Assembly: GCA_037441705.1 (NCBI GenBank)
Contig: JBBIRR010000002.1
Span: 1 to 64,000, forward strand
Reading direction: 5' to 3'
Length of the DNA: 64,000 bases
Origin: Ignavibacteriales bacterium
GTDB lineage: Bacteria; Bacteroidota; Ignavibacteria; UBA10030; UBA6906
Each line of letters starts with the position of its first letter. The first letter of the stretch is position 1. Positions 10,113 through 19,242 of this stretch are shown piece after piece. Below the pieces are notes generated by a model that did no database searches, was not told where the DNA came from, and was given only the letters and a program-made list of their open reading frames with translations. The position numbers were made by a program, and so were the translations under genes.

Positions 10113-10274
10113 ATGCAGCTCACGGACTTCATCAAGATCTTTACGCTGCTTCTCGGCTTCCTCGCGTTTGTGTACCTCCTTGCCTGGGTATTTCAAGGCG
10201 GTACGGAAGAAGACGAACGCAGGCGCAGAACGCTGTGGCCAAGGTTTGGCAGGCGGAGAGCGCGGAGGTCGTGA
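10113..10274 (+). CDS. 53-aa single-pass membrane peptide (not in the ORF track)
   Basis: AAAGGAGG RBS then MQLTDFIKIFTLLLGFLAFVYLLAWVFQGGTEEDERRRRTLWPRFGRRRARRS*. Confidence 0.6.
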   Translation: MQLTDFIKIFTLLLGFLAFVYLLAWVFQGGTEEDERRRRTLWPRFGRRRARRS

Positions 10275-10469
10275 TCTGAGGCGGCGCGATTGCGACGCCA
10301 TCGGACGTCTCGCGGGTGGAGAGTTGATTTTGCTATTTCTCATACAACGCTGAAGTGCGCGCACGAAGGTGAGCGCTGTTCAGCGTTTTGTGTCTCTGGC
10401 TTCCACCTCAAGAAGATGCTGGGATGAGAGAGAACTTGAGTAACTCGCATTAATCGAAAGGACCACGTT

Positions 10470-11558
10470 GTGTCAGAAATCCGACTCATGAAAGGGAACG
10501 AAGCGCTGGCGGAGGCGGCGATCCGCGCCGGCTGTCAGGCGTACTTCGGTTATCCCATTACGCCACAATCGGAAATTCTTGAATACCTTGCCGATCAGGG
10601 ACGCAAGCGCGGCATGATTGTGCTGCAGGCCGAAAGCGAAGTCGCGTCCATCAACATGATGTACGGCGCTGCGGGCGCAGGCGCAAGGGTGATGACCTCG
10701 TCATCAAGCCCCGGCATCAGTCTGATGCAGGAGGGGTTGTCCTATATCGCCTGCGCCGAGCTGCCGTGTTTGGTGGTGAACGTCAATCGCGGCGGGCCGG
10801 GACTCGGCACCATCCAGCCCTCGCAGGGCGATTACTTCCAGGCAACCAAAGGCGGCGGGCACGGCGACTATCGGCTGATTGTGCTGGCGCCGGCAAGCGT
10901 GCAGGAGATGGCGGACTTCGTGTTCGACGCGTTCGATCTTGCAGACAAGTATCGCAACCCGGTGATGATTCTTGCCGACGGTGCGCTGGGCCAGATGATG
11001 GAGAAGGTCGAGTTCCGCGACTACGATCCGAAGGAACACATTCCTCCAAAACCCTGGGCAACAACAGGCAAGACGAAAGATCGTGAACGGAACATCCTTA
11101 CCTCACTCCACATTCAACCGGAGAAGATGGAGCAGATCAACCTTCACCTGCAGGAGAAGTATCGGCGCATTACCGAGCAGGAGGTACGGTATGAAGTAGT
11201 GGAGACGGACGACGCGGAGTTTCTGATCGTTGCGTATGGGCTTGTCGCACGCATTGCGCATCGAGCAGTTGAAATCGCACGCGAGCAAGGAATCCGTGCG
11301 GGGTTGCTGCGACCACAGACGCTATATCCTTTCCCCTATCAGAAGGTGCGCGAGCTTGCCGAACGCGTCCACGGCATCCTGACGGTGGAAATGAACTCGG
11401 GGCAAATGGTCGAAGATGTTCGGCTTGGCGTTGAGGGACGCTGCCCCGTTGAGTTCTACGGACGGATGGGCGGCATCATTCCTTCGCCGGAAGAAATTGT
11501 GAAGGCATTGGAGAAGTTGGCCGGGAAAGATGTGCGACAGACGGTGGAGGCATATTGA
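10470..11558 (+). CDS. vorB: 2-oxoacid:ferredoxin oxidoreductase alpha-type subunit (VorB-like)
   Basis: LMKGNEA, YFGYPITPQSE, QAESE, TSSSSPGISL, RGGPGLGTIQPSQGDY, KGGGHGDY. Confidence 0.9.
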   Translation: MSEIRLMKGNEALAEAAIRAGCQAYFGYPITPQSEILEYLADQGRKRGMIVLQAESEVASINMMYGAAGAGARVMTSSSSPGISLMQEGLSYIACAELPCLVVNVNRGGPGLGTIQPSQGDYFQATKGGGHGDYRLIVLAPASVQEMADFVFDAFDLADKYRNPVMILADGALGQMMEKVEFRDYDPKEHIPPKPWATTGKTKDRERNILTSLHIQPEKMEQINLHLQEKYRRITEQEVRYEVVETDDAEFLIVAYGLVARIAHRAVEIAREQGIRAGLLRPQTLYPFPYQKVRELAERVHGILTVEMNSGQMVEDVRLGVEGRCPVEFYGRMGGIIPSPEEIVKALEKLAGKDVRQTVEAY

Positions 11559-11643
11559 AATGCGAGCAACCAGCCCGGAGCTTTAGCCCTTTCCATCAGG
11601 GCGGTCAACGAGCAAAATTCAGTCTGAACAATCGGTGAAACTC

Positions 11644-12438
<795 letters not shown>

Positions 12439-12465
12439 TTCAGCAACAGCAAGAGTGTCTCGACA

Positions 12466-13035
12466 ATGGAAGCGAAGGAATCAAACCTCATGACACATGA
12501 ACTGCTCATCGCTGGCTTCGGTGGCCAGGGCGTCCTTTCGATGGGGATGACGCTCGGCTACGCAGCCATGATCGAAAACAAAGAAATCAGCTGGATGCCG
12601 TCGTACGGACCGGAGATGCGGGGCGGCACGGCGAACTGCATCGTGATCGTTTCAAACAAGCGGATCAGCTCGCCGATCATCACCACGTTCGATACCGTCA
12701 TCGCGCTCAACCAGCCGTCGTTAGACAAGTTCGAATCTCGCGTGAAGCCGGGCGGCTTGCTGATGTACGACTCCACCAACATCATCAATCCGCCGACCCG
12801 AACGGACATCGAGATCGTCCCGATTCCCGCAAGCGAGGAAGCCTCGAACATGAAGAACATGAAGATCATGAACATGATCGTGCTCGGCGCGTTCCTTGAA
12901 CGACGGGAGATTGTGAAGATCGAATCCGTCATGGAGGCATTGAAGAAAGTTCTGCCCGAGCGCTATCATCATCTGCTGCCGCTGAACGAGCAGGCGTTGC
13001 GCCGCGGGCAAGAACTGGTCGCCATGCACATATAG
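12466..13035 (+). CDS. 2-oxoacid:ferredoxin oxidoreductase gamma subunit
   Basis: IAGFGGQGV, PSYGPEMRGGTANC. Confidence 0.92.
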   Translation: MEAKESNLMTHELLIAGFGGQGVLSMGMTLGYAAMIENKEISWMPSYGPEMRGGTANCIVIVSNKRISSPIITTFDTVIALNQPSLDKFESRVKPGGLLMYDSTNIINPPTRTDIEIVPIPASEEASNMKNMKIMNMIVLGAFLERREIVKIESVMEALKKVLPERYHHLLPLNEQALRRGQELVAMHI

Positions 13036-13036
13036 C

Positions 13037-13092
13037 AACCAGCATCGAGAATCCAGAATCCAAAATCCAGAATCCAAAATCCAGAATCCCAA
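13037..13092 (+). repeat. Heptamer tandem repeat (ATCCARA)n, about 8 units
   Basis: aaccagc atcgaga atccaga atccaaa atccaga atccaaa atccaga atcccaa. Confidence 0.85.
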
Positions 13093-13113
13093 AACCTTGA
13101 CTACGGTGCTCTC

Positions 13114-13362
13114 ATGCCCACACCCTGCGTTCACTCTTGCAAAGGTCTCTGCAACGCGCTGGAGGTAGCCGAGTTTCGCGAGACGGAAGCCATCAAGGAG
13201 TACAAACGTTTTGCCGAGAGCTGCACCTACCCGGATGTGCGTGTCCTGCTGGAAGATTTAATACGAGATCGGGAGCATTCGGTTCGGCTGCTGCGCGAAA
13301 AACGCGCAATGCTGCTGGCAAAGTTCGACACACTCGATCAGATTACGGACAGCTTCGTCTAA
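13114..13362 (+). CDS. Small half-ferritin-like protein with Cys-rich N-terminus
   Basis: CVHSCKGLC, then helix pair ALEVAEFRETEAIKEY ... PDVRVLLEDLIRDREH. Confidence 0.6.
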   Translation: MPTPCVHSCKGLCNALEVAEFRETEAIKEYKRFAESCTYPDVRVLLEDLIRDREHSVRLLREKRAMLLAKFDTLDQITDSFV

Positions 13363-13368
13363 TCTCAG

Positions 13369-13412
13369 CGAGATGGACTCCACCTCCCTTGCAAGTGGAG
13401 TCCATCTGCCGC
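13369..13412. repeat. REP-like palindromic element, intergenic copy
   Basis: 13-bp perfect arms AGATGGACTCCAC (13371-13383) / GTGGAGTCCATCT (13395-13407). Confidence 0.85.
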
Positions 13413-13429
13413 CGGGCGGGAGAAAAACC

Positions 13430-13681
13430 ATGAGCCACCTTCGCACAGAACCAATTAACTGGAACGAGATTACGCTCGAAGAGGTGTTCGAGCTTGCCAT
13501 TGCCGATGAGGAATATGCGCGTGATTACTACAAGCACGCTGCAGAGCTTGCCGGCAACCCGCATACGCGTGAGTTGTTACTCAAGCTCTCCGCCATGGAA
13601 CAGGGACACGCCGACTCGCTGCGGCAGGAGCTTGAGGAACTGCGCATCGAGCGACAGGAGGAAGCGGGGATGGCGGATTAG
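13430..13681 (+). CDS. Ferritin-like/rubrerythrin half-domain protein
   Basis: FELAIADEEYARDYY ... LLLKLSAMEQGH (E...ExxH di-iron half-site); GGGAG RBS. Confidence 0.75.
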   Translation: MSHLRTEPINWNEITLEEVFELAIADEEYARDYYKHAAELAGNPHTRELLLKLSAMEQGHADSLRQELEELRIERQEEAGMAD

Positions 13682-13684
13682 CAC

Positions 13685-13893
13685 CTTCGACTCCGAGGCT
13701 GACCAAAAAGTAGTACTACGTCATTCTGAGCCTCGTTTCTCAGAGGCGAAGAATCCAGAACCGAGCCATTTACTGGATTCTTCACTCTGCTTCGCTCCGT
13801 TCAGAATGACAATGGTTTCTTTTTGTAAAGCTTCTGCGCTCAGGGCGGTGCCTTCGTCTCCGTCCCGACGAGTCATGCTGAGCAGAGTCGAAG
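13685..13893. mobile_element. Nested non-autonomous repeat: REP-like palindrome interrupted by a MITE-like element with an inner palindrome
   Basis: Outer arm CTTCGACTCC|TGCGCTCAG pairs with CTGAGCAGAGTCGAAG; imperfect TIRs 13695-13710 / 13819-13834; inner GTCATTCTGA/TCAGAATGAC and GAAGAATCCAG/CTGGATTCTTC. Confidence 0.65.
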
Positions 13894-13950
13894 CGTGGCA
13901 GCGTGCGGGACATCGTCCTGATTTTTCTACTATCGAAGATAGGAGGTCCT

Positions 13951-14532
13951 ATGAAACTTGATATGGTACAGGTCTTCAAGCTCGCTCTTATCACTGTCGT
14001 GGGTTGGGCGGCAACGGTTGCCGTCGGACTGATCGTCTACGGCGGTAACGTCTTTCGCCCGTCGTCTGTTGCGTTCGCGTTTCTGTCGTACGGGTTGAGC
14101 GGAGCGTTCATCTTTGCCTTTTACCACGTTCGGAACGTTTCCGAAACGATCGTCGCCGCAGTGCTCGTCAGCGCGGCACAATTTATCGTGGGGATGCTGT
14201 GGTTTCCGTGGCTGAATGCGCTGGTCTGGTCGTACGGAGTGAACATGCCCGTCGTTGCTCTCGCGTTCATGTTCGAGCGGAAACTCGCGCATTTCAAGCA
14301 GGCGAAATTCACCGTCGTGGCGTTGGTGTACAGCGTCATGTTCGTTCTGCTGACGCTGTTGGTGACGGTGTTGAGCGGTGTCGAAATGATGCCGGCCTCG
14401 CTCTTTCGCGACAACTGGTTAGATGGTTTACTCATTGGATTGGGCTTAGGGCTGGGCGTTGAAGGCGCTGAGACGTTCATCCATTCGTGGGAGGAACATC
14501 GCAGCACTGCCCCTGCAGAAAAGACATCCTGA
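13951..14532 (+). CDS. Hypothetical polytopic membrane protein
   Basis: About 6 hydrophobic segments; AGGAGG RBS before ATG 13951. Confidence 0.75.
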   Translation: MKLDMVQVFKLALITVVGWAATVAVGLIVYGGNVFRPSSVAFAFLSYGLSGAFIFAFYHVRNVSETIVAAVLVSAAQFIVGMLWFPWLNALVWSYGVNMPVVALAFMFERKLAHFKQAKFTVVALVYSVMFVLLTLLVTVLSGVEMMPASLFRDNWLDGLLIGLGLGLGVEGAETFIHSWEEHRSTAPAEKTS

Positions 14533-14640
14533 TCATCAGCGGTTTCGTTCTTATCAATTCATATTCATGCCGAGGACACGCGGCGGTTAACCCGCGCGCT
14601 CGTTTCGGCACATTCATGCTTCACTATTCACGAAAATCGA

Positions 14641-15762
14641 ATGAGTACCTACAAAATAGCATGGCTCCCGGGCGACGGCATCGGGAACGATGTGATGGAG
14701 GCCGCGAAGATTGTGTTAGACGCGGCGGAGTTTGATGCGACCTACATGGTCGGCGACATCGGCTGGGAGTTTTGGCGGAAAGAAGGGGATGCTTTTCCGC
14801 AGCGTACGATCGAGCTTCTGAAAAATGTTGATGCTGCGCTGTTCGGCGCGATCACCTCCAAGCCGGTGAAGGCGGCAGAAGCGGAACTGGTACCGGAACT
14901 GCGAGGCAAAGGCCTTGTGTATCGTTCGCCGATTGTCCGCATGCGGCAGCTGTTCGATCTGTACACGTGCTTGCGTCCCTGCAAGGCCTTCGCAGGAAAT
15001 CCCCTCAACTACAAAGAAGGGATTGATCTCGTGGTTTTCCGCGAGAACACGGAGGATCTGTACGCGGGCGTCGAGTTCCACCCTGTGCCGCGGGAGCTGA
15101 GCGAGACGCTGTCGTACATCTCTCAAGCGTTTACGCCGTTCGCCAATCTTGCCCCGGACCACTATGCAATCTCCTGCAAGGTGAACACAACAAGAGGCTC
15201 GGAGCGGATCGTGCGAGCGGCGTTTGAGTTTGCCCGCAAGAACAAACGGAAGAAGGTCACGATCGTGCACAAAGCAAACGTCGTGCGCGCTACGGACGGG
15301 CTGTTCCTTGAAGAGGCGAAGAAAGTGGCGGCACAGTATCCGGACATCGCCATGGACGATGCGAACGTGGATGCCATCTGCATGTGGCTGCTGAAGAATC
15401 CGTTCAACTACGACGTGCTGGTTGCGCCGAATCTGTACGGCGACATCATTTCCGATCTCTGTGCGCAGATGGTCGGCGGATTGGGATTCGGATGCTCGGG
15501 CAACATCGGCGAAACACTCGCGGTGTTCGAGCCGACACACGGCTCGGCGCCGAAGTATGCAGGACAGTATAAAGTGAACCCGATTGCCACGATCCTTGCC
15601 GCGAAGATGATGTTAGAGTGGCTGGGTGAGAAGGAGAAGGCGCACCGCATCGAACTGGCAGTGGCTTCCGTCATCAAGGAAGGCAAGGTTCGCACGTACG
15701 ACATGGGCGGCACCAGCTCGACGATTGACATGGCGAAGGCGATAGCCCAGCAATTGAATTGA
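14641..15762 (+). CDS. Isocitrate/isopropylmalate dehydrogenase family (beta-decarboxylating dehydrogenase)
   Basis: LPGDGIG, FRENTEDLY, VHKANV, NLYGDIISD, FEPTHGSAPKYAG, NPIA. Confidence 0.92.
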   Translation: MSTYKIAWLPGDGIGNDVMEAAKIVLDAAEFDATYMVGDIGWEFWRKEGDAFPQRTIELLKNVDAALFGAITSKPVKAAEAELVPELRGKGLVYRSPIVRMRQLFDLYTCLRPCKAFAGNPLNYKEGIDLVVFRENTEDLYAGVEFHPVPRELSETLSYISQAFTPFANLAPDHYAISCKVNTTRGSERIVRAAFEFARKNKRKKVTIVHKANVVRATDGLFLEEAKKVAAQYPDIAMDDANVDAICMWLLKNPFNYDVLVAPNLYGDIISDLCAQMVGGLGFGCSGNIGETLAVFEPTHGSAPKYAGQYKVNPIATILAAKMMLEWLGEKEKAHRIELAVASVIKEGKVRTYDMGGTSSTIDMAKAIAQQLN

Positions 15763-15826
15763 CCACGGATGACACGAGGGAATAAGCCGCGGATGAAACG
15801 GAAACGACACGAATCGGTCACGGATC
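15762..15826 (+). repeat. Degenerate CACGGAT/CACGAA subrepeat cluster
   Basis: ccacggatgacacgagg..ccgcggatgaaacggaaacgacacgaatcggtcacggat; similar in style to the 8267 element. Confidence 0.45.
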
Positions 15827-15902
15827 GTTTCTTGATTGTTCATTCCAATCCAACCGAAGTATCTCTTCGGTGTAGTCGGTGGTGAACTTCAGGAATCAGG
15901 AA

Positions 15903-16847
15903 ATGAACGACATCATCATTCACGAAGTCGGCATGCGGGATGGTCTGCAGATGGAGAAGCAAATCGTCCCGCTCGAAAAGAAGATCGAGTGGATCACCCG
16001 CCTGATCGCATCGGGTGTGGACGTTGTTCAGGTCGGCTCGTTCGTCCGCGCGGACAAAGTGCCGCAGATGGCGGATACGGATCAGTTGTTCACGCGCCTC
16101 CGAGATGGACTCCACCTACCAGAGGAGCCCTCGAGAGGTGGAGTCCATCTGCCGCGGCTGAGCGCACTCGTGCTGAACGAGAAAGGCCTGGAGCGCGCAC
16201 TTGCATGCGGCGTCAAGATGATCTGCATGGGAGTCTCCGCAAGCGAAACCCACAGCAGGAAGAACGCCGGCATGTCCGTGGCCGAGGCAACCGACCGCAT
16301 TCTTGCCATGGCAAAGACTGCGCACGAAGCAGGAAGCACAGTACAAGTCTCCGTTCAATCCGCCTTCGGTTGCGGCTACGAGGGACACGTGCCGCAGGAG
16401 AACGTGATGCGCATTGTGGAGCGCTACCTCGACGCGGGCCTTCGCAACATCAGTCTCGCGGATACCGCAGGGCATGCCACACCGGATCAGGTTGAGAAGA
16501 TGTTCGGCGCCATTCTGGAGTTCGACGAAGGCGTTGAATGCGCGTGTCACTTTCACAACACGTACGGACTGGCACTCGCCAACTGCTACGCGGCGATGAA
16601 GATCGGCGTGAAGTCGTTCGAGTCATCGGTAGCAGGACTCGGCGGCTGTCCGTTTACCAAGATCGCCGGGGGCAACACGTGCACGGAGGATTTCGTCCAC
16701 ATGCTGCACCGGATGGGGTTGCGGCAGGACATCAAACTCGATATTCTCATCGCTATTGCGCAAGATGCGGCGCAGTATTTCGGACGTGAGATGGAAGGGA
16801 GGGTGTATAGGGTGGGAGAGATTGCTAAGGGATTGCAGGCTGCATAG
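15903..16847 (+). CDS. HMG-CoA lyase family (DRE-TIM) acyl-CoA lyase
   Basis: HEVGMRDGLQ, SFVRADKVPQMAD, SETHSRKN, AFGCGYEG, LADTAG, HFHNTYG, GLGGCPF, GNTCTED. Confidence 0.9.
   Translation: MNDIIIHEVGMRDGLQMEKQIVPLEKKIEWITRLIASGVDVVQVGSFVRADKVPQMADTDQLFTRLRDGLHLPEEPSRGGVHLPRLSALVLNEKGLERALACGVKMICMGVSASETHSRKNAGMSVAEATDRILAMAKTAHEAGSTVQVSVQSAFGCGYEGHVPQENVMRIVERYLDAGLRNISLADTAGHATPDQVEKMFGAILEFDEGVECACHFHNTYGLALANCYAAMKIGVKSFESSVAGLGGCPFTKIAGGNTCTEDFVHMLHRMGLRQDIKLDILIAIAQDAAQYFGREMEGRVYRVGEIAKGLQAA
16101..16155. repeat. REP-like palindromic element inserted in frame within the lyase CDS
   Basis: 15-bp perfect arms AGATGGACTCCACCT (16103-16117) / AGGTGGAGTCCATCT (16136-16150); flanks identical to the 13369 copy. 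Confidence 0.85.
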
Positions 16848-16964
16848 AGCTTCACCGACGCCGTGGGGGGTTTGCTCCAATAGAACGTTGTACGAAGGGG
16901 CGGCCCGGGAACGTATCGTTCGGGCTTGTTCAGAAGAAGGTTGGTGAACTAATGTGGAGGTGCC

Positions 16965-17909
16965 ATGAAGCGAACAGCGATGCTTCTTGCGATGGGCCTC
17001 TTGCTGGTCCTTGGGCTGCTGTCATGCGACAAGAACGAAACGATCATTGATGGCGGCGACACGAACACGAACGTCCCGAGTTACGTCAGCGCGTTGAATG
17101 CATTCAGCTACACCATCAGTGCGCGGCGGTTGACGACAAGTCATCGTATTCCGCTGAACTTCACGTTCAACCGGCTGCAGATTGCTGCCACGGTTTCCAG
17201 CGGAGCCGCAGGAAGCGCGGCGTTTACGCTGCTCGGTCCGTCACAGCAGATCATTCACGCCGATACGTTCAGATTTCCAGGTGTGCATCAGGTGGTTTCG
17301 GTTGCAGGCGTGCCTGAGTCGGTAGTGGTATCGTATGCAAACTTCACGGGGATTCTGAGCTACACGCTCCTCGGGGTTGGCAACTTTGATTCGATGACGG
17401 TGAGCGAATTCCCGACGTCCACTGGCTCGCAGTGGACCTATGCCGTGTTCGACAGTCTCGCACAGCAGCGCGACACGCTCGTCGTTACGGTGTTTGGTCA
17501 GACGATTCTTCCTGGCGGCATCCCGGCTTCGATCTGGCAGCTTGCCTATCGCTCGCGGACAGACACACAGTACGTGAACGTCTCCGGAGATACCGTGCGA
17601 TTCTACATTTATCCGAACAGTCAATGGGCCCAGCCGAACTACCTATTTCCTCTCTGGCTGAACAAGAGTTGGAGATTAGCGCCAATGGAATCAACCGCCG
17701 TTGCGCAAATCGGTTGGGTGGAAACTCCTGTCGGCAGTTTTCCTTATGCATACCTCGTCGAAAAGCTGTGGGGAGGGTTTAACGACTACGGTACATTGCG
17801 CACGTGGCTTGTTCCCAACCTCGGCATCGTGAAGCTCCACCGGCGAGGGGTGAGCTTTGGGCAGGCCAATGTCGTGTGGGAGTTGATGGGCTACAGAATC
17901 GTGCGCTGA
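16965..17909 (+). CDS. Hypothetical lipoprotein
   Basis: Signal peptide ending LLSC; beta-rich; C-terminal ETPVGSF / WLVPNLGIVK. Confidence 0.75.
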   Translation: MKRTAMLLAMGLLLVLGLLSCDKNETIIDGGDTNTNVPSYVSALNAFSYTISARRLTTSHRIPLNFTFNRLQIAATVSSGAAGSAAFTLLGPSQQIIHADTFRFPGVHQVVSVAGVPESVVVSYANFTGILSYTLLGVGNFDSMTVSEFPTSTGSQWTYAVFDSLAQQRDTLVVTVFGQTILPGGIPASIWQLAYRSRTDTQYVNVSGDTVRFYIYPNSQWAQPNYLFPLWLNKSWRLAPMESTAVAQIGWVETPVGSFPYAYLVEKLWGGFNDYGTLRTWLVPNLGIVKLHRRGVSFGQANVVWELMGYRIVR

Positions 17910-18010
17910 ACGGCGAAGAGATTTCTGTTCATTCACACAACGTGGTATCGTGAGCCTTGGGCAGTCGTCCGGGCAAAGTGCCACGTTTTCTTTTTTGATA
18001 GGAAAGAGTA

Positions 18011-19207
18011 ATGAGTCGACTTCTTGAAGGCATACGCGTTCTCGATCTTACCAACGTCCTTTCCGGACCGTTTGCAACGCTGCATCTTGCGCTGCTCGGT
18101 GCGGAGGTGATCAAGATTGAGAATCCGGTGGATGGCGATCTTGCTCGCAAGCTCGGCTGCCTGCCCGAACTGAATGACAGGCTGATGGGCACGAGTTTCC
18201 TCGCGCAGAATGCCAACAAAAAATCCCTCACACTCAATCTTAAAGAGAAAGAGGGAAAGGAGATATTTCTCAAGCTCACGGAAACGGCCGATGTGGTGGT
18301 AGAGAATTTTCGACCCGATGTGATGGATCGGCTCGGCGTCGGCTACGATGTGCTGAAGCAGGTCAATCCGCGCATCATCTACTGCGGCATCTCGGGCTTC
18401 GGCAAGACCGGACCGGATGCGATGAAGCCCGCGTACGATCAGATCATTCAGGGCTTGAGCGGCGAGATGGCCATCAACGGCGATGAGCGGCTGAATCCGC
18501 TGCGGGCAGGGTTTCCGGTCTGTGATACCGTCGGTGGATTGAACGCCGCGTTTGCCATCATGGCCGCACTGTATTACCGCGAGCGTACCGGCGAGGGCCA
18601 GTTCATTGACGTTGCCCTGCTCGATTCCATCATGCCGCTGATGGGCTGGGTGGCGGCAAACTGGCTCATCGGCAAACAGCCGCCCGTGTTGATGGGGAAC
18701 GACAACTTTACCGCTGCGCCCTCCGGCGTGTTCGTTACACAGGATGGCTACATCAACATTGCGGCAAACAAACAGGAGCAGTGGGAAGCCGTTGCCGAAG
18801 AACTCGGCGTGCCGGAACTGAAAACCGATCCCCGATTTCAGCAGCGGGATGTTCGGAAGAAGAACCGGAAAGAGCTGACGGTTCTGCTCGAGGCAAAATT
18901 GAAGGAGCGTCCGACGAGGTATTGGGTCGAGGTGCTGAACAAACGCGGCGTCCCATCGGGCGAGATTCTGAGCTTACAGGATGCGCTGGAGCAGGAACAG
19001 ATCAAGCATCGCGAAACGATTGCCTCGATCTACGCAGAAGGCATCGGCGAGCTGAAACTGTTCAATCTCACGGCGAAGTTCGAGAAGACGCCGGGTAAAG
19101 TGGAATGCCCGCCGCCGAAGCTCGGAGAACACACCGTGGAAATTCTTCGCGCCGTCGGCTATACGGACGAGAAGATTCAGGACCTGAAGCGCCGGGGGGT
19201 TGTGTGA
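18011..19207 (+). CDS. Class III (CaiB/BaiF) CoA-transferase
   Basis: GIRVLDLT, LGAEVIKIE, NKKSLTLNLK, ENFRP, ISGFG, catalytic Asp in PVCD, PPKLGEHT. Confidence 0.93.
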   Translation: MSRLLEGIRVLDLTNVLSGPFATLHLALLGAEVIKIENPVDGDLARKLGCLPELNDRLMGTSFLAQNANKKSLTLNLKEKEGKEIFLKLTETADVVVENFRPDVMDRLGVGYDVLKQVNPRIIYCGISGFGKTGPDAMKPAYDQIIQGLSGEMAINGDERLNPLRAGFPVCDTVGGLNAAFAIMAALYYRERTGEGQFIDVALLDSIMPLMGWVAANWLIGKQPPVLMGNDNFTAAPSGVFVTQDGYINIAANKQEQWEAVAEELGVPELKTDPRFQQRDVRKKNRKELTVLLEAKLKERPTRYWVEVLNKRGVPSGEILSLQDALEQEQIKHRETIASIYAEGIGELKLFNLTAKFEKTPGKVECPPPKLGEHTVEILRAVGYTDEKIQDLKRRGVV

Positions 19208-19242
19208 CCCGGGAATGATTCATTGATACGAACGAGGACTCT

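Noticed and set aside
13037-13092. Possible CRISPR array
   Set aside because: 7-nt tandem units without spacers; no cas genes and no 25-40 nt spaced repeats seen anywhere in the window
14565-14615. Structured leader (TGCCGA...TCGGCA hairpin) upstream of the dehydrogenase
   Set aside because: Imperfect GC-rich pairing is expected by chance at this GC content; no leader peptide or known RNA motif seen
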